The notes: generated by a model not told the origin, from the letters alone. Counted from the stretch's first letter, positions 1 through 9,329 are shown. The stretch is 64,000 bases of DNA from Clostridia bacterium (GCA_017559995.1 JAFYPP010000003.1:1015-65014), one strand, 5' to 3'. Numbers and translations: made by a program.

Positions 1-107
1 TGCAGGGAAGTGATACGGTCGGTGATTGGTTCATCCCCACGCCTGCCGGCAGCCTGAACGGCGGCGACGGCGCCTTTGGTGATCACCATTGGTCTGCTAA
101 ACAGGTC

Positions 108-914
108 ATGGAGAATCTTTACGATCCCTATCTGGCCAAGTATCCCGACTACATCACCCGCACCCATCTGGGCAAAGACCAGACCGGCCAGTACGATATG
201 TACGGCTACGTGTACACCCCCGCGACCTATAAGACGACCTTCTTCCTCACCGGCGGCGTCCACGCCAACGAGGAGTCTGCCTACTATTCTCTGGCGAAGC
301 TCATGCAGCTGATCTGCGATGCCACCGAAGAGGATACGATGTTCTATCCGCTCCGGCAGAATGTACGGTTCGTTGTGATCCCCGTGGTCAACGTCTGGGG
401 CGTATCCCAGGATCATGACCGTGCCAACGAAGAGGGCCGCAAGCGCATCCGCCGCAACGGCGAGGACGTGGACCTGAACCGTGACTTTGAGGACGTGAGC
501 CAGCAGGAAACCAAAAACGTGCTGGCGTTCCTGAAAAACTTCCTGGGCACCGTGGACTTTGCCATGGACTTCCATAACTCCGGCAAGGAAAACTGCCCCC
601 TGTGGTACAACTTCATCAACTATGCCGTCAACAGCCAGGTGAACTATAAGGTCACCAACCATATGTACCATCGTCTGATGGAACTGGGCCTCTCCGAGCA
701 GACACCCAATATGGAAAAGATCCCCGGCAGATACCACAAGGCCAGCAAATATCTCGAGGGCCGCATCTGGAACGAGTTCGGCATTCCCACCATTACGGTG
801 GAGCACGTGGTCAATTCCACCTTCCCCGATCGGTTCTCGGAGGAGGGCTTCACGCTGGGCGTGGAGACCTACGGCAACTTCCTCATTCAGAACGCACTGT
901 TTTTCATCAAATAA
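108..914 (+). CDS. M14-family zinc carboxypeptidase (may start upstream of the window)
   Basis: 268-aa ORF with a GGVHANEES (HxxE zinc motif) and DLNRDF, both typical of M14 peptidases. The same frame has no stop from nt 3 to the ATG at 108, and there is no clear SD before 108, so the gene may be 5'-truncated by the window edge. Confidence 0.7.
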   Translation: MENLYDPYLAKYPDYITRTHLGKDQTGQYDMYGYVYTPATYKTTFFLTGGVHANEESAYYSLAKLMQLICDATEEDTMFYPLRQNVRFVVIPVVNVWGVSQDHDRANEEGRKRIRRNGEDVDLNRDFEDVSQQETKNVLAFLKNFLGTVDFAMDFHNSGKENCPLWYNFINYAVNSQVNYKVTNHMYHRLMELGLSEQTPNMEKIPGRYHKASKYLEGRIWNEFGIPTITVEHVVNSTFPDRFSEEGFTLGVETYGNFLIQNALFFIK

Positions 915-931
915 AAGCAAATAAAAGCAAA

Positions 932-960
932 GGGAGCGGAGAGATCCGCTCCCTGTTTAT
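932..960 (+). terminator. Rho-independent terminator after the M14 peptidase gene
   Basis: Hairpin GGGAGCGGA-GAGA-TCCGCTCCC followed by TGTTTATTTAT, about 18 nt after the stop codon. Confidence 0.7.
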
Positions 961-1034
961 TTATCGATTTCGGATACAAATTATGAAACATCTTCATAAT
1001 TTTAAAAAATATGAAATATTTTTGCAAAAAACGG

Positions 1035-1063
1035 TTGAATTTGAGAAAAATATATCATATAAT
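1035..1063 (+). promoter_or_regulatory. Sigma-A-type promoter for the GGDEF/EAL gene
   Basis: TTGAAT, a 17-nt spacer, then TATAAT, in an AT-rich spacer about 65 nt upstream of the ATG at 1129. Confidence 0.5.
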
Positions 1064-1128
1064 TTAAGTAAAATTTTTTAATTATTTACGCGCCGTGTTT
1101 GCGGGGCTATTTTTATGGAGAGATATTC

Positions 1129-3057
1129 ATGATTTTTATCGGTGACTATTTTGCGTTGGGATTGGTTTTCGTCCTGTGTATGTTCTTCTTTGACAGCAAG
1201 ATCGCCCTGCGGTATATGCCCAAGGCCAGCAAGCTGTATATCGCCTGTCTGTTTTCCACCGCCCTGACCGCCCTGGTGGATCTCATCACCGGACAGATGC
1301 TGGAGATGTCCCACGTTTTACTGTGGCAAAATATGCTGGTGAATACGCTGTACTTCATCGTCAACATCCTCACCACATCCTTTATGGCCCTGTATCTGTT
1401 CACTCGTATCCTGGAGCACACCCACGAGCGGCACTGCATGAAGCGGGCCTGCATGGGCCTTGCCAGTCTGTTTGCCGTGTATATGGTATTTGTGGTGTCC
1501 AACCTGTGGAACGGCTGCCTGTTCTATTTTGACGAATCCGGTGCCTATTGCCGAGGCCCCCTCAACGCGCTGGGCTATTTTATCACCATCGGACAAATGG
1601 TGCTGGTCATGATCTGCTATTTCCGCAACCGGCAGAACGCCAGCAGACCCATGCGCCGGGTACTGTTCCAGACATTCCCCGTGATCCCTCTGTGCATCAT
1701 GCTTCAGCGAGCCTATCCCGAGATCATGCTCAACGGCTTCCTGCTGGCCATGATGAACACCGTGCTGTTTTTGACCTTCCAGGGTCAGCGCCACGGTGTG
1801 CACTCGCTCACCGAGCTCAATGACCGTCACCGTTTCTTTACCGAGACCGATTACCGCATCAACAAGAACGAGCCCTTCCAGATCTTCCTGATCAATATCA
1901 AGAACTTCGGTTCGGTGAACCAGAAGCACGGCCACCTCTTCGGCGACGAGTTCCTGTATCAGTTCGCCTTTTCTCTGGAAAAACTGCTGCCCGGCAGTCT
2001 GTCTTTCCACATGAACGGCACGGTGTTCGCCACCGTGCTGCGGTACACCTATCAAACCACCGCCGAGGAGCAGATCGGCGTGCTGCTGGACTTTTTGGAG
2101 AAGGGCATTCAGTGCGCTAACCGTCACATTCCCATTGAGTACGTGGTGGTGCACTACGTCTCTGACGGTATGGAATGCACCGCCGCCGAGATCTATGAAA
2201 ATCTGGAGTACGCCGCCGTCAGAGCCTACGATACCAAGCAGCGCTATATCCGCTGCACCACGGAGGTGCGGCAGGAGATGATCCGCCGCCGCTATCTGCG
2301 TGAGCGCATCCGCACGGTGGACAGAATGCACGGCTTTGAGGTTTGGTTCCAGCCCATCCAGTGCCAGGCCACCGGCAAGTTCAACTCCATGGAGGCCCTC
2401 ATCCGTCTGCGTGAGCCTGACGGCAGCCTCATCAGCCCGGCGGAGTTCATTCCGCTGGCGGAGCAGACCGGCCAGGTGTCCCTGATCACCTGGTTCGTGT
2501 TGGAGGAAGTGTGCCGTTTCCTGAAGTTTTCTCCCAAGCTGAACGGCGTCAGCGTTTCCATCAACCTGCCCATGCCACAGCTGCTGGAAAAGGGCTTCGT
2601 GCCCCGGTTCATCGGCATCGTGGACCAGGCTGGCATTGATCACGACCGCATCTGCATCGAGTTTACAGAGCGTGCCATTCTGGACAACTTCCAGCAGACC
2701 ATGGCCATCATGGAGCAGCTCACCGAAGAAGGCTTCCGTTTCTATCTGGACGACTTCGGCGCCGGCTATTCCAACTTCAACTGCCTGCTGCAGCTGCCCT
2801 TCCAGATCATCAAGCTGGACACCTGTCTGGTGAAGGCCGGCAAAAACGGCAAGCGGGACTACACCATGGTGCGCACCCTCTGCAAGATGTTCCATGACAT
2901 GGATCTTACCGTGGTAGCGGAAGGCGCGGAGAGCGACGAGGAAGTGAAGGCGCTGGCCGAACACGGCGTGGACCGTGTGCAGGGTTATGCTCTGGCCCGT
3001 CCCATGTCGGAGGATACCGTGCTGGAGTTTTACAAAGAATATCCCATTGAAGAATAA
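1129..3057 (+). CDS. Membrane-anchored c-di-GMP phosphodiesterase (degenerate GGDEF + EAL)
   Basis: 642 aa from ATG 1129, with a GGAGAG SD about 8 nt upstream; the track ORF begins at TTG 1099. The N-terminal ~220 aa are hydrophobic and multi-TM. The GGDEF fold is marked by HGHLFGDEFL, but the active-site position reads NGTVF rather than GG[DE]EF. EAL-domain motifs are present: EALIRL, DDFGAGYSN, EGAES, QGY. Confidence 0.85.
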   Translation: MIFIGDYFALGLVFVLCMFFFDSKIALRYMPKASKLYIACLFSTALTALVDLITGQMLEMSHVLLWQNMLVNTLYFIVNILTTSFMALYLFTRILEHTHERHCMKRACMGLASLFAVYMVFVVSNLWNGCLFYFDESGAYCRGPLNALGYFITIGQMVLVMICYFRNRQNASRPMRRVLFQTFPVIPLCIMLQRAYPEIMLNGFLLAMMNTVLFLTFQGQRHGVHSLTELNDRHRFFTETDYRINKNEPFQIFLINIKNFGSVNQKHGHLFGDEFLYQFAFSLEKLLPGSLSFHMNGTVFATVLRYTYQTTAEEQIGVLLDFLEKGIQCANRHIPIEYVVVHYVSDGMECTAAEIYENLEYAAVRAYDTKQRYIRCTTEVRQEMIRRRYLRERIRTVDRMHGFEVWFQPIQCQATGKFNSMEALIRLREPDGSLISPAEFIPLAEQTGQVSLITWFVLEEVCRFLKFSPKLNGVSVSINLPMPQLLEKGFVPRFIGIVDQAGIDHDRICIEFTERAILDNFQQTMAIMEQLTEEGFRFYLDDFGAGYSNFNCLLQLPFQIIKLDTCLVKAGKNGKRDYTMVRTLCKMFHDMDLTVVAEGAESDEEVKALAEHGVDRVQGYALARPMSEDTVLEFYKEYPIEE

Positions 3058-3064
3058 CAGAAAA

Positions 3065-3087
3065 GAGGGTGCCCCGGCGGCACCCTC
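3065..3087. terminator. Bidirectional terminator hairpin between the EAL gene and gtrA
   Basis: GAGGGTGCC-CCGGC-GGCACCCTC, flanked by an A-run upstream and TCATTTTTATT downstream. It lies between convergent genes. Confidence 0.7.
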
Positions 3088-3102
3088 TCATTTTTATTGA
3101 CG

Positions 3103-3519
3103 TTATTCTGCTTTTTCCCGGAACACAAAGAACCGCTGCCCCAGATAGTTGAAACCGACGAACAGACACATACCAACCAGCATGGCCACGTTCTCCTGTA
3201 CGGTCACCGTCATGCCGGACAAAAGCCGCATGGCAAGGGGCTTCGCCAGACCGTAGGCCAGCAGGTAGCACAGGCTGATGTTGATGACAAAGCGGGGGAG
3301 TGTCTCCTTTGCGTTGGCCTTATTTTTGAAGGTGAACAGTTTGTTGAGGAAGTAGCTGAGGATGCTGCCGAACACGTAATTGGACGCCGACGAGATCCAG
3401 TAGCTTAAATGGAACACATTGTAGAACAGGAACATGATGCCCGTTCCCACGATGGTGTTGGCAACGCCCACCAGAATGAACTTCCAAAAGGTACGGTCAA
3501 ACAGTTTCGCGATCTTCAT
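3103..3519 (-). CDS. gtrA: GtrA-family membrane protein (putative lipid-linked sugar flippase)
   Basis: 138 aa from the internal ATG at 3519 (MKIAKLFDRTFWKFILVGVANTIVG...). It has about 4 TM segments with a GtrA-like pattern, and its start overlaps the upstream GT2 stop by 23 nt. The track ORF extends to 3612, but that part overlaps the GT2 coding sequence. Confidence 0.8.
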   Translation of the reverse strand: MKIAKLFDRTFWKFILVGVANTIVGTGIMFLFYNVFHLSYWISSASNYVFGSILSYFLNKLFTFKNKANAKETLPRFVINISLCYLLAYGLAKPLAMRLLSGMTVTVQENVAMLVGMCLFVGFNYLGQRFFVFREKAE

Positions 3520-4462
3520 GGCAAGCTCCTTTGACCCGCTGGGCCACGATGTATCGGGGACGGCCTTTGATCTCCTCATAAATGCGCGCGATATAATAAC
3601 CGATGATGCCAAGGGAGATCATGATCAGACTGCTGGAAAACAGCAGGATCAGAATGACGGTGGTAAAGCCTTCCAGCGCCTGACCCATGATCTTCTGGGC
3701 CAGTGAGATGCCGCCCAGGATCACCGAAGAAAGGAACATAACGACACCCAGAACGGTGACGATCTGCATGGGCGCGGCAGAGAAGGAAGAGATGTTGCTG
3801 ACGGCATATTTCACCAGCGACAGGGGAGACCACTTGGTGATGCCGGCCTCACGCTCGCGGACGTCAAACTCCACATAGGTGGTCTTAAAGCCGATCCAGG
3901 AGGACAGGGCGCGGAAAAAGGCGTTGCGCTCCCGCATATTCAGCAGAACGTTCACCGCCTGCCGGTCCAGCAGCTTGAAGTCGGAGGCGTTTGCCATGTC
4001 GATGCCGGTGGCTGAACTGATCAGTGCGTAAAAGCCCTTGGCGCCGATGGAATGCAGGGCGTCTTCCTTACCGCGGCTGGACTTTCTGCCCTCCACGATG
4101 GCGTAACCCTGCTGCCACAGGTCGTACATCTCCAGGATCTTCTCCGGCGGATGCTGCAGGTCACAGTCGATGACCACGCAGCAGTCACCGTCGGCCTCGG
4201 CCAGACCGGCCATGATGGCGGCCTCTTTGCCGAAATTGCGGGAGAAATGGACGCCGCGCACCTGCGGCTGCTCTGCCGCCTGCGCCCGGATCAGTTCCCA
4301 GGTGCGGTCTTTGGAGCCGTCGTCCACGAAAATCAGTTCATGGGGGATATTCTGCCCGGAAAGCAGACCGCCGATGACCCGGGCGGCCTTTTGCAGCATG
4401 GCTTCTTCGTTATAAGCGGGTATGATCACGGAAAGCATCAAAGGATCCTCCAGATTCTGCAA
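3497..4462 (-). CDS. GT2 glycosyltransferase, GtrB/CsbB-like polyprenyl-phosphate sugar synthase
   Basis: 321 aa. LSVIIPAYNEE and FVDDGSKDRT are GT-A/GT2 motifs. The two C-terminal TM helices are typical of GtrB/CsbB/DPM1-like enzymes. Confidence 0.85.
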   Translation of the reverse strand: MQNLEDPLMLSVIIPAYNEEAMLQKAARVIGGLLSGQNIPHELIFVDDGSKDRTWELIRAQAAEQPQVRGVHFSRNFGKEAAIMAGLAEADGDCCVVIDCDLQHPPEKILEMYDLWQQGYAIVEGRKSSRGKEDALHSIGAKGFYALISSATGIDMANASDFKLLDRQAVNVLLNMRERNAFFRALSSWIGFKTTYVEFDVREREAGITKWSPLSLVKYAVSNISSFSAAPMQIVTVLGVVMFLSSVILGGISLAQKIMGQALEGFTTVILILLFSSSLIMISLGIIGYYIARIYEEIKGRPRYIVAQRVKGACHEDRETV

Positions 4463-4609
4463 TATTTTAGGAAATTATATCACATCTCCGTGGATTTTTC
4501 CATAGATTTCGGCATCTTTTGCCCATTTAAAAGGAGGCAAATCCTCTTTACAATTTTTTCACTACAGTATAAAATAACCTTATAGATCCAAAATGACGGA
4601 GGACTGCGT

Positions 4610-7195
4610 ATGCGTCAGTTTTACAATAAAATCAAAGAGGAGAACAAGCCGCTGTTCTGGGCCGTGGCAGCGTTTATCGTGCCGTTTTTGGCGATGTGGA
4701 TCGGCTTTGCCTGTCTCGGCATTTATCCCTTTGGCAACAAGCAGATCCTGGTGCAGGATGCCTGGCATCAGTATTTCCCCTTCTTGGTGGAGCTGCGTCA
4801 CAAACTGGTCAACGGCGAATCGTTGTTTTACACCTGGAACAACGGTCTGGGAACAAACTTCCTGGCTCTGTCGGCGTATTATCTGGCAAGCCCGCTGAAT
4901 CTGCTGCTGCCCCTGTTCCCGGAGGAAAACCTGCAGATCTTCTTCACCCTGATGGTGTCGGTGAAAATGAGTCTGGCCTCCGCCTTCGCGGCCTTCGCCA
5001 TGCAGAAAGTTTTCCGCAGATGCGATCCTCTGGCCGTTGTTTTCGGCTGCTGCTTCGGCCTGTGTTCCTTCTGCATGGGTTACTACTGGAACATCATGTG
5101 GCTGGATACGGTGGCGCTGCTGCCGCTGGTGGCACTGGGCGTGATCTCTCTGGTACGGGAAGGTAAGTTTAAGCTCTATGTGGTGGCTGTGGCCCTCAGC
5201 ATGATCTGCAACTTCCTCATCGGCCTTTACGTTTGTATTTTCACCTTCTTTTTCTTCTTTGTGGCCTGTATCGGCTGCCATGTCTCCTGGAAAACCTTCG
5301 GCAAGCGGTTTGTGCAGATCGGCGTATTTACGGTGATCGCCATCGCTCTGACGGCCTTTATCCTGATCCCCGTGCTGATGGCGCTGCAGAACACCTACGG
5401 TATCTCCAAAGCGATGCCCGATTGGGAACTGAAGGAATCCTTTGTGGAGGTGTTCGGCAATTTCGCAGCCTTTGGCGGCCCTACCTCCCGCGAGGGTCTG
5501 CCCAATCTCTACACCGGTTTGCCCTGTATCCTGCTGGGCGCGCTGTACGTTGTGTCTCCCAAAGTGTCCACCCGGCAGAAATGCTGCGCTGTGGGCCTTT
5601 TGGCGCTGCTGATCCTCAGCCTGAACATCAGCGTCATCGAGTACGCCTGGAACGGCTTCCATACCACCAATATGCTGCCCTACCGGTTCTCCTTCCTGGT
5701 GTCCTTCGTTCTGGCAGGCATGGCGTTTCAGGTGGTGCCCGAGTTGTTTGAGGAGATGCCGCGGTGGAAGTACGTGATGATGGGCGTGGTCTCCGCGGTG
5801 TTGGTGACCCTTTGCTGGATCACCCACGATATGACGATCGCCCTGGCCAACGCCGCTGTCTTGCTGGGTTATATCGGCGTGGCGTATATCTGCAGAAACA
5901 AAAAGCGCCAGATGGCCTTTTTCCTGTGCCTGATCTTCACCATCGAAATGGTAGGCAACGTGTCCTTCGGCGTCGTTACCGTGGGCGCCAACACCATGGA
6001 GGGGTATCCCTACCTGAAGAATGAGGTCAGCCAGCTGCTGGACAGCATCGAGGAGCGCGATCAGGGACTCTACCGTGTGGAGTGCGTCCCCAAGCAGTCG
6101 CTGAACGATCCTACGCTGCTGGGATACCGCGGCCTTTCCACCTTCTCTTCGCTGGCAAATGTAAACGTGAACTACGCCCTGGGAGATATGGGCGTTTCGG
6201 ATTTCCCCTCGGGTAACTCCTATTACAACAACTATGTTTCCTCCCCTGTAGTGAACGCCTTTTTGGGCATCAAATATTTTGTTGCGAAGAACCGCCGCGC
6301 GGAGGACGCGCTGTTCCTCGAGGAACTGGAAGCCACCGACTTCGCGAAGTCCTATGAAAACGAAGCCTGGCTGCCCATCGGCTTTATGACCGATGCCGAA
6401 ATGGGCGATCTTCACTTCAGCGGCAATCCCTTCAACCGCCAGAACGCGTTGTTTACCGCGGCGACAGGCATTGAGGAAGACGTATTTGAAGTGCAGGATA
6501 TCATCCACGTAGGACATGAAAATCTGGACGTTACACGCAGCGCCCTGGGTAATTACAACTATTCGTTGATCGACAAAGAAGCCGACGGCATCATGAAGTA
6601 CAACTACAAGATGCCCAGATACGGTCAGATTTACGCCTATATCGACTGCAACGAGGTAAAGACCCTGCAGCTGCTGTGGAACGAGAAGGAGACCATTCAG
6701 ATGGCCATCGATACCGAGCCCAGCATCAACTGCATTGGCTACTTTGCCGAGGGCGAGCTGATCTCCTTCAAGTGGAACGTTGGCAAGGAAGTCACCGATA
6801 ACTCCAAGATGTATATCTATACGGCGCTGGTCAATCAGGATGTGTTTGAAAGGGGAATGGAGGTACTTGCGGATGAAACGCTGCAGGTGACCGACTATTC
6901 CTCCAACCGCATCACCGGCACCATCGATGTCCGGGAGGACGGCTATTTCTATACCTCCGTGCCATATGAGCAGGGCTGGAAACTGTACGTGGATGGGGAA
7001 GAGGCAGAGATCACGCCCTGGCAGGATGCCTTCATCGCTCTGGAAAATCTGGAGGCGGGTACCCATACCATCGAGATGAAATTTGTGCCTGCCGGCTTCC
7101 GTTTGGGCGCCGCCATCACAGCAGGCGGCCTGCTGTTGTTCGTACTGGCAATTTTCTTTGAAAGAAAATATAGAAATAAGAATAATTCCTATTGA
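4610..7195 (+). CDS. yfhO: YfhO-family polytopic membrane glycosyltransferase (GT-C-like)
   Basis: 861 aa. The N-terminus (FWAVAAFIVPFLAMWIGF...GIYPFGNKQILVQDAWHQYFPF) is characteristic of YfhO proteins. It has many TM segments, a large extracytoplasmic C-terminal domain and a final TM. SD GGAGGA lies 6 nt before the ATG. Confidence 0.85.
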   Translation: MRQFYNKIKEENKPLFWAVAAFIVPFLAMWIGFACLGIYPFGNKQILVQDAWHQYFPFLVELRHKLVNGESLFYTWNNGLGTNFLALSAYYLASPLNLLLPLFPEENLQIFFTLMVSVKMSLASAFAAFAMQKVFRRCDPLAVVFGCCFGLCSFCMGYYWNIMWLDTVALLPLVALGVISLVREGKFKLYVVAVALSMICNFLIGLYVCIFTFFFFFVACIGCHVSWKTFGKRFVQIGVFTVIAIALTAFILIPVLMALQNTYGISKAMPDWELKESFVEVFGNFAAFGGPTSREGLPNLYTGLPCILLGALYVVSPKVSTRQKCCAVGLLALLILSLNISVIEYAWNGFHTTNMLPYRFSFLVSFVLAGMAFQVVPELFEEMPRWKYVMMGVVSAVLVTLCWITHDMTIALANAAVLLGYIGVAYICRNKKRQMAFFLCLIFTIEMVGNVSFGVVTVGANTMEGYPYLKNEVSQLLDSIEERDQGLYRVECVPKQSLNDPTLLGYRGLSTFSSLANVNVNYALGDMGVSDFPSGNSYYNNYVSSPVVNAFLGIKYFVAKNRRAEDALFLEELEATDFAKSYENEAWLPIGFMTDAEMGDLHFSGNPFNRQNALFTAATGIEEDVFEVQDIIHVGHENLDVTRSALGNYNYSLIDKEADGIMKYNYKMPRYGQIYAYIDCNEVKTLQLLWNEKETIQMAIDTEPSINCIGYFAEGELISFKWNVGKEVTDNSKMYIYTALVNQDVFERGMEVLADETLQVTDYSSNRITGTIDVREDGYFYTSVPYEQGWKLYVDGEEAEITPWQDAFIALENLEAGTHTIEMKFVPAGFRLGAAITAGGLLLFVLAIFFERKYRNKNNSY

Positions 7196-7267
7196 CAAAT
7201 CTTAATAGGTGTGTTAAAGTGTACCCATAAAGAACACACACTACACAAAACGAAAGGAATTATTACC

Positions 7268-7777
7268 ATGAACGAAAAGATCGCTTTCCTGCTGAATCAG
7301 CAGATCAACAAGGAATTTTACAGCGCTTACCTGTATCTGGATATGTCCAACTACTACGATGATCTGGATCTGGACGGCTTCGCCAACTACTACCTGATCC
7401 AGGCGCAGGAAGAGCGGGATCACGCCATGCTGTTCCTGAAGTATATGCAGGAGGTGGGCCTGAAGGTCACCCTGGAAGCCATCGACAAGCCCGATAAGGT
7501 CTTTAACAACCCCATGGATCCTCTGGAGATCGCCGCCGAGCATGAGCGCTACGTCACCGCTCTGATCAACGATATCTACCACGAGTGCCACGAAGCCCGG
7601 GACTACCGCACCATGAAGTTCCTGGACTGGTTCGTGGACGAGCAGCGTGAGGAAGAGAAGAACGCCGACAGCATGGTCAACCGGTTCAAGCTCTTTGGCC
7701 ACGATGCCAAGGGTCTGTACTCTCTGGATCAGGAGTTCGCCGGTCGCGTCTACACCGCGCCCTCTCTGGTTCTGTAA
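7268..7777 (+). CDS. ftn: Ferritin (non-haem, Ftn-type)
   Basis: 169 aa from ATG 7268, with SD AAAGGAA upstream. LLNQQINKEFYSAYLYLDMS and QAQEERDHA are ferritin di-iron site blocks. The track ORF starts 19 codons earlier without an SD. Confidence 0.9.
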   Translation: MNEKIAFLLNQQINKEFYSAYLYLDMSNYYDDLDLDGFANYYLIQAQEERDHAMLFLKYMQEVGLKVTLEAIDKPDKVFNNPMDPLEIAAEHERYVTALINDIYHECHEARDYRTMKFLDWFVDEQREEEKNADSMVNRFKLFGHDAKGLYSLDQEFAGRVYTAPSLVL

Positions 7778-7791
7778 ATCCAAATAGCAAA

Positions 7792-7819
7792 GAGGCAGCG
7801 AACGCTGCCTCTTTTTCCG
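7792..7819 (+). terminator. Rho-independent terminator after ferritin
   Basis: AGAGGCAGC-GAAC-GCTGCCTCT followed by TTTTTCC. Confidence 0.8.
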
Positions 7820-7887
7820 TTGCGTAATGATAATTCCACGGTTTTGGGGAAGGCTATCCGTATCCTGCAAACCTGGGAGGTCATTTC

Positions 7888-9324
7888 GTGGATACCGTGA
7901 ACAAGGATTATCAAAAAGGTTTTATTCCGTACGCCGTCGCCGCTGCGGCACTCAGCCTGTGCGGAGGTTTGATGGCGGCCGTTCCTTCCAATATGGTTGC
8001 CGACTGGCAGCTGGCGGAAAGCAACGTGGCCTGGCTGGCCATGGCCTATTCTCTGGGCGCCGCCGCCACCGCGCCCATTCTGGGCAAACTTGCCGATATC
8101 CTGGGCCGCAGAAAAACTCTGCTGCTTGGCCTGATCCTGCTGACGGCGGGATTCGCGCTGACGGCAGTCATTCCTGACGGCATGGTGGTCCCCGTCATGG
8201 TGCTGCGCTTTTTGTCAGGTGTGGGTGCCGCGGGCATCTCGCCGGTCGTACTCTCGTATATTATGACCGAGTTTCCACAGGAAAAACTGGGGAAGGGCTT
8301 CACGCTGTATATGCTGATCTCCTGCGGCATGGTCATTTTCGGCCCTGCCTTGGGCAGCGTTCTGCTGGTGCGTTCGGGCTGGCGTGTGGTGCTTTACACC
8401 TGCACCGCCGTGGGCGTTTTTGCTCTTTTGGCCTGTCTTTTTTTGACCAAAAGGGAAGAGGGGGCCAGAAGGAATACAGGGCCTTTTGACTATACCGGCG
8501 CCGCCTTGGTGCTGGTGTTCTTTTCCATGCTGTTGTTCATCCCCACCTTTGGGCAGAACAACGGCTGGTTGGCCGTGCCAACGCTGCTCTGCATCGCCGT
8601 CGGCGCGGTATCCCTTGTTCTGCTGTACGTCACCGAGCGCAAAGCGCAAAATCCCATCCTGAATGGGCAGTTCATCGCCAGAAAGCAGTTCCTCCTGCCG
8701 GTGATCGCCCTGTTTCTTTCCCAGGGCTTGCTGCAATCCTGTATGACCAATATCATCACCTTCGCCATCGTGACTACGGGTGACCGAACGTTGTCCGGCA
8801 TCGCCACATCCATCCTTTACGTGGGGATGGCCCTGGGCACGGTAGTAATCGGCCCGCTGGCCGACAAAAGGGAACCGAGAACGGTGGCAGCGGTGGCACT
8901 GGTTTTCGTGGCGCTGGGCGCTGCCTTGCAGCTGCGGTTCACCGCCGACACCGGCTTGCTGCTGACGGGCGCCGCCATGTTTCTCATCGGCCTTGGCTTG
9001 GGAGGCAACGGTACCATTTTTCTCAAGGTGGTGCTGTCCGGCCTTCCGCAACAGCTGGCCGGTTCCGGCTCGGGCACCTATAACGTGTTCCGGGATATGT
9101 CCACGCCCTTCGGCGTGGCGGTGTTCGTTCCTCTGTTTTCCCGCCGTCTTGCGGACGGTACCGCTCTCCGGCTGGAGCAGGGGATCGGGGAGACCGCGGC
9201 CCGGACAATGGCGGCGGTGGAAGCCATCCAAGCCACCGCTCTGGTACAGGTGGTCAGCGTGGCGGCAGGCATTGCCGTATGCCTGATGCTGCCGAAAATT
9301 TACAACCCGCCAAAAGCCAGCTGA
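7888..9324 (+). CDS. MFS transporter (DHA2/EmrB-like, ~14 TM)
   Basis: 478 aa with a GTG start and a GGGAGG SD 7 nt upstream. It is hydrophobic throughout, with an MFS motif-A-like block (GKLADILGRRKTLL). Confidence 0.8.
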   Translation: MDTVNKDYQKGFIPYAVAAAALSLCGGLMAAVPSNMVADWQLAESNVAWLAMAYSLGAAATAPILGKLADILGRRKTLLLGLILLTAGFALTAVIPDGMVVPVMVLRFLSGVGAAGISPVVLSYIMTEFPQEKLGKGFTLYMLISCGMVIFGPALGSVLLVRSGWRVVLYTCTAVGVFALLACLFLTKREEGARRNTGPFDYTGAALVLVFFSMLLFIPTFGQNNGWLAVPTLLCIAVGAVSLVLLYVTERKAQNPILNGQFIARKQFLLPVIALFLSQGLLQSCMTNIITFAIVTTGDRTLSGIATSILYVGMALGTVVIGPLADKREPRTVAAVALVFVALGAALQLRFTADTGLLLTGAAMFLIGLGLGGNGTIFLKVVLSGLPQQLAGSGSGTYNVFRDMSTPFGVAVFVPLFSRRLADGTALRLEQGIGETAARTMAAVEAIQATALVQVVSVAAGIAVCLMLPKIYNPPKAS

Positions 9325-9329
9325 TTTCA

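Noticed and set aside
76-312. A 78-aa ORF overlapping the start of the M14 peptidase gene in another frame.
   Set aside because: It is Pro/Ser/Thr/Arg-rich with low complexity, and it overlaps a gene with clear motifs. It has no SD.
905-930. The tandem duplication AATAAAAGCA-AATAAAAGCA at the M14 peptidase stop.
   Set aside because: It is only two copies of a 10-mer in an A-rich stretch preceding the terminator. It is most simply a slippage relic with no evident function.
4580-7198. An 872-aa ORF on the minus strand covering the whole yfhO gene. Similar very long antisense ORFs occur at 1318-2964(-), 9496-12318(-), 18983-20212(-), 25776-27743(+), 30059-31435(+), 32961-34250(+), 34408-35493(+), 36475-37749(+), 39107-41893(+), 42759-44321(+), 45432-47357(+), 48770-50182(+), 50201-51616(+) and 61625-62965(+).
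   Set aside because: Each lies exactly antisense to a gene with clear family motifs. Their translations are low-complexity (rich in G, A, L, V, H, Q, R, D) with no recognisable motifs and no SD. Stop-free antisense frames are expected in a genome with strong GC3 bias, so these are composition artefacts, not overlapping genes.
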